DNA of 64,000 nt, taken from positions 11,291 through 75,290 of the IMG/VR virus record IMGVR_UViG_3300030104_003872, one strand, 5' to 3'. A model generated the notes under the pieces. That model was not told where the DNA came from. It saw nothing but the letters and a program-made list of their open reading frames with translations, and ran no database searches. The DNA is from a virus. A program made the translations under genes and the position numbers. Below are positions 60,701 to 64,000 of the stretch, one piece after another (position 1 is the stretch's first letter; each line of letters starts with the position of its first letter).

Positions 60701-63700
60701 AGAGCCTTACTGCGTTACTGCTAATTGATTCGTCATATTGAGATACAAAGCATCCACCCATTCTATATGTGAATATATCTAAATTATCACTATCTGCTTT
60801 GAACTCCATAATACCTGTACCTTTTAGGTCTGGGAAATAACTTCCTTCGTAATTCTTAGAAGAATCTAAAACCATAAGAGGTTTTTTGTCTAAATCTTCC
60901 ACTAATCTACTTTCATATCTAACATAGAATTGGAAATTAGGGTCATAAGGATGACGATACTTTGCAGTATATGGGTGAGGACCTGCTTGCCACCAATAAT
61001 TATCCATAAGTTTTGCTTCACCTGCTACACTAAAGTCATACTCGCCTATTGTTTTTACACCACCAGAGGATTGTCCTATACGACCGTTGTTAGTCATAGT
61101 ATTTAGATTGAAAAACTTACTAGCGTCAATAGCCATAGGTGCTCCTGCTTTTGATTCCCAATTATGCAGATAGGTCATGTTAGTCATAGTATTACTATAA
61201 TTACCTGACCAAGCAGAACCACTATAAGGGTCAAGATTAGTCAAATCCCACATATCTATGTCAGTTCCTATTGCGAGCTCTGCTATATCTTCTTGTGTTT
61301 CTGAAAATACTACCGATACCTTGTATTGTTCTTCTAGTGGATATAAAAGACCCCAGTTAGTTTGTCTCCCGCCACCATCTGCGTCTGCTGAACCATCGTT
61401 TCTCATATCAGCCCAATTAAGCCAAATGTGATTGAAATTATTTTTGATTTTTCTGAACCTTCCTTTTGCACCAATAGCATGACTATTCTTAAGAAACTTT
61501 ACTCCATTCATTTGAACATCACCTGCATATAGTTTGCATATAGTTGGTCCGTTTTGTGTTGCACCGCCAGTTAGACCCGGATTATCAACAGGACTACCAG
61601 TTCCCTTTACTAATTTCCACTTCCAACCTTGAAATCCTCCACTTACTGCATTTTCTGTTGTTTGACCCATAGCAACAGGATGCCTGTTACTTGTGATAGT
61701 GTGGTCGCAATAAGCATATTCGGCGGGGAATATAGTAATAGTTGAATGGTCGGCCGCTTTTTCAAGAACCCTGTACCACCTGTAAGATACTAAATCTCTA
61801 TCTTCACCGTAAGGATTTTCCACGTTATAGTGAGCATCAACACTAGTTGTTACGGGTTGCGATACTGACCCTTGTGTGTTTCCTAAGAATATAACATCAC
61901 CAACAGATATAGACTGGAACATTCTTGAACCGCTTACTGCTGAATCACTACCACTATGAAACCAATCTGGGTCTTTTCTCTTTACTGTGTCAAATCTTGT
62001 TTTGTTAGTTGTAAGATATTGTGAGGCATTTTGAGCCGCAGTTATAGTTATTGGACCCGGACTTATAGTGTTTGCTCCTTCACTACTCATTACCCATTCA
62101 CCAGTATTAGGGTCTATAATATTTAGTATTTCTGTTTGAGACATAGCAACAATTTCCCAATGTGTATAATCATCATCTGACTTATCTAAACAAGTATTCA
62201 TAACTGCTGAACGAGCAACCCCCACATCAACTGTCCCATCTTCATTATCAATTTCAAATATTAGACCACCATTGTTCATAAACCGCTTTGAAGAATGTGC
62301 GTTAGCCCTAGAAGGAATGCTTATTGTTGGGTCTGTTCCTATGTCATATTCCGTACTTCCCTTGTCTATATATCTCCTATCTTTGAAGTTTTCATCAATA
62401 AGCGGTACTGTTGCGTTTGATAAAGTTAAAGTAGTGCTAGTACCTACCGTGTATGGTGCTGTTAAGGTAAAGTACTCGCTATATTGTGTCGTGTAAGGGC
62501 TTATATCGTCATATTCAAAGTGTTGGAATCTCCACCCAACATCAGTAGAAGTTCCTGAACCATGTATCGTAGTTATTCTATTACCTTTTCTTGCTAATAC
62601 ATTTTTTCCGGGTCCATGAAGCCCGTGTGCGTCGGGTTCTATAATACCAAATACCATCCTAAACCATAATGACGAGGCTATATCGTGAATATAAGAAGCG
62701 TGTGCAACCCTATATCTTGAATCACTTTCTCTTCCCGAAGGTGGGGTAAATATTGCTTGACAATTACTAATGACGGGGAATAAGAATGTTCTGAATGAAT
62801 TACTAGACCCACCATTTATAAGTTGTTGTATTGTGCTTGTTCCTTCTTGTAAAATAGTACATCCTGTTAGTTTATCATTAGCCACATCCACGCCACGCCA
62901 TCTGATGAATCCCTGAGCAGAACCTCCTGGTCCAACAGTACCCCAACCAGTAGCAGGTAGTAAATCAACAATACCCCCTGTACCTATTGTCAATTCAATT
63001 TCATTACCTGTTCCGCTTAGTGCGGTTACTTTATACTCTACACTATTAGGCCTCATAAATGCTTTTGAAGCAGACTTCATGTGATGTACGCTAGTGCTCC
63101 AAGATTCATTTACATTTAGAAGTGGTAATTGACTAGGGTCTTGTTGGTCTATATCATTTCCTCTAACAACCATACTTAATTCTGTATCTTCGTTACCTAA
63201 CCAATAGTTTCCGCTAATAGAAGAAAAGCCAAACTCTGTTTTCCTAAACTTTTTCATGTAATCAACAATTGACAAAATCTGACTTCTATGTGTAGAGCCT
63301 ATTGTTCCTATGTATTCTAAGGCAAATCTGTAATTGTATTGGTCATCAGCACTAGGTAATTGTCTGCCGTCATAGAAATTAAACATAGGTCCTACCGTAA
63401 CTAAACCATGTGGGTCATTAATATATTTTATACTTGAGTTTTTCAAGGGGATTATTCCGGCAGGTTTGAATGAATACTGACTATAACCTCGCCAATCAGT
63501 TGCAGATTCAGTCCCGTGAGTATCTAATGCGGTGGAAAAGTCTTTACCCCATGTGTTATGAATAATAGAATCTGGACTCACACTATCTGTAAACTGGTCC
63601 CATGTAACGGCACTCGCGGCCTGTAAAGCACCTACCCCGTGGTCTTTTTCATAGAAATCATGTCTTGTATAATAAGCACTCCATTGCCTTCCGTCTATTG

Positions 63701-64000
63701 CAGTAATTTTTCCTAGTGTATCTGAATGATGTTGTCCTACCGGCATAAGTCCTCGTGCTGATGTTTCAACAAAGTTTCCTTGAGTCCAACCAGTATAAGC
63801 ATAAGGGCTTGAACTTCCAAAATTAAAACCTAAACCTAAATCGTCTGGATGCCTTGTTACAACAGAATAAAAATGACCTGTTTCATCTTTTAAATGTCCG
63901 AATATAGCACCAACAGTATTTTTGTATTCAAAACAGAAGTGGTGATTATCTATTATTTTCTTAACGACAATATCTAAACCATTCTTACCGTCACCTGTTA
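57741..64000 (-). CDS. very large virion/tail protein (5' end outside the window)
   Basis: Frame stays open from the track's ATG at 63746 to the window edge; contains tail-hub-like NGKFEFRP, FTHVRVFY and WRPGTVV; Gly/Pro-rich linker near the C-terminus. Confidence 0.7.
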   Translation of the reverse strand, partial: TGDGKNGLDIVVKKIIDNHHFCFEYKNTVGAIFGHLKDETGHFYSVVTRHPDDLGLGFNFGSSSPYAYTGWTQGNFVETSARGLMPVGQHHSDTLGKITAIDGRQWSAYYTRHDFYEKDHGVGALQAASAVTWDQFTDSVSPDSIIHNTWGKDFSTALDTHGTESATDWRGYSQYSFKPAGIIPLKNSSIKYINDPHGLVTVGPMFNFYDGRQLPSADDQYNYRFALEYIGTIGSTHRSQILSIVDYMKKFRKTEFGFSSISGNYWLGNEDTELSMVVRGNDIDQQDPSQLPLLNVNESWSTSVHHMKSASKAFMRPNSVEYKVTALSGTGNEIELTIGTGGIVDLLPATGWGTVGPGGSAQGFIRWRGVDVANDKLTGCTILQEGTSTIQQLINGGSSNSFRTFLFPVISNCQAIFTPPSGRESDSRYRVAHASYIHDIASSLWFRMVFGIIEPDAHGLHGPGKNVLARKGNRITTIHGSGTSTDVGWRFQHFEYDDISPYTTQYSEYFTLTAPYTVGTSTTLTLSNATVPLIDENFKDRRYIDKGSTEYDIGTDPTISIPSRANAHSSKRFMNNGGLIFEIDNEDGTVDVGVARSAVMNTCLDKSDDDYTHWEIVAMSQTEILNIIDPNTGEWVMSSEGANTISPGPITITAAQNASQYLTTNKTRFDTVKRKDPDWFHSGSDSAVSGSRMFQSISVGDVIFLGNTQGSVSQPVTTSVDAHYNVENPYGEDRDLVSYRWYRVLEKAADHSTITIFPAEYAYCDHTITSNRHPVAMGQTTENAVSGGFQGWKWKLVKGTGSPVDNPGLTGGATQNGPTICKLYAGDVQMNGVKFLKNSHAIGAKGRFRKIKNNFNHIWLNWADMRNDGSADADGGGRQTNWGLLYPLEEQYKVSVVFSETQEDIAELAIGTDIDMWDLTNLDPYSGSAWSGNYSNTMTNMTYLHNWESKAGAPMAIDASKFFNLNTMTNNGRIGQSSGGVKTIGEYDFSVAGEAKLMDNYWWQAGPHPYTAKYRHPYDPNFQFYVRYESRLVEDLDKKPLMVLDSSKNYEGSYFPDLKGTGIMEFKADSDNLDIFTYRMGGCFVSQYDESISSNAVRLYINLGTNKVDYSNVSVQDPMGESMALTTLNNNISESPSNKEHAIHGTWSSLMSLSAMLSMEGYVKSPECGSFYEHDKIRLLFQTHGVKSWLAGSDICTSYDIQNVPITYDMPTDSFGSVVDVRASTTFKALMSIQQASGQGVNGNYNAFNYMVGRNGKFEFRPSYDSGEALDRNLLRESETKTQARAQFTHVRVFYNSGESFVDYPTPILDGSQIKFRIVNSPNTRTSASAEALALKELESTKDKNVQVKAELIGGTDSRSPMFDGGLYGYISTPLIQCLSDLGSAANWGAFDPHGNMTGQIIGGRQNAMDGNLMATNANLIGAQRGMEYIQAGNGYHGGGGCNTYDTHATQWYGQYTPYGIHCIEKAVQIVHIPRNTPKVSSGSGQKLRMFITHKSNTANDAVFRLWLVDSHFDSQRRQGYTGNNPLTSSKISYLDITKNGFHEVPFPTSYGATSGAKMIVSFNKEYCVDLLKYRSNNTNTSKSNKGNRVTTIPSTDVSVLDLTTGSSVNEASAFPLGLSLYHRPAGSEDARGRQGPVWQLRPRALYYAPTVEIVDDMVWRPGTVVSYNDSHLNINQDLTLVEIGWTLKERDSDKVSLTLMKDESQFRLPRGLGGGGGGSDTPPATGNPPNNGGGGLPGGGIGDIPYLPGDDIGWAPGWGGLKPPSKGGIGTGHSVTEKTSKQNRLSNISGAPAQESLGGRMTGGKVSLSKMSGGAMNTMKGKADLSSENEEGGLLGITRNRGSVKNNIKTTSKEAIGQSKTTSSGSAIIGADGFILPGVSALLESGAPVQSDYHEGSVTITVPPSVVNERIKVTANIKAPLTGGNTTYTLFATLECIESGHKQSKVINITYSDTAQRVTLFSIRKVKGSSVLGNRIKITIGRVPGGGLMASADGSDNAPYSSLTIKGIEVSFNEQAQNKELGKTSTTRKLESKDRTKGWMSGTDNAWKSKTSDATFDSSGNVSYDSRGKSGSNAIKKDEEDSLT

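Noticed and set aside
1-64000. tRNA, rRNA, integrase or transposase genes
   Set aside because: None recognised by eye; a tRNAscan/Infernal run would be needed to exclude tRNAs

Overview
This window is a 64-kb piece of a tailed dsDNA archaeal virus (Caudoviricetes). It is most like the magroviruses of Marine Group II/Poseidoniales, an inference from the archaeal-type replisome, BRE-TATA promoters, leaderless genes, GGAGGTGA ribosome-binding sites and an LDL-A surface glycoprotein. Layout: (1) 1-20.3 kb is late/structural, with collagen-like fibres, MCP, protease-scaffold, portal, a phosphoesterase and TerL. (2) 20.36-21.46 kb is a self-contained transcription unit with no GAG/CTC trinucleotide at all. 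(3) 21.46 to about 38 kb is a GAG/CTC-rich early region of small genes separated by repeated regulatory modules, including ArdC, an SF2 helicase and paralogues of a small C/H-W protein family. (4) 39-57.7 kb is a replication/repair/modification module: DenV-like glycosylase, putative origin, MCM-like ATPase, RFC, SSB, RecA/Sak4-like ATPase, PCNA, MTase, DUF2156-like GNAT, NDT, PolB, Cas4-like nuclease, PriS-PriL and ERCC4. (5) 57.7-64 kb is part of a giant virion protein. The best candidate for a new system is a clamp-tethered DNA modification of GAG that is written into the genome layout. PolB, the MTase, the GNAT-like protein and an RFC-adjacent protein all end in the same PIP-like [VL]EWL*. 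GATC appears absent, while AGCT, GCGC and CCWGG survive almost only where they overlap GAG/CTC. The genome is split into a GAG desert and a GAG-dense zone whose promoters carry a CTC-NN-GAG palindrome exactly 8 bp upstream of TATA. All counts were done by eye and all product calls come from motif recognition, not database searches.
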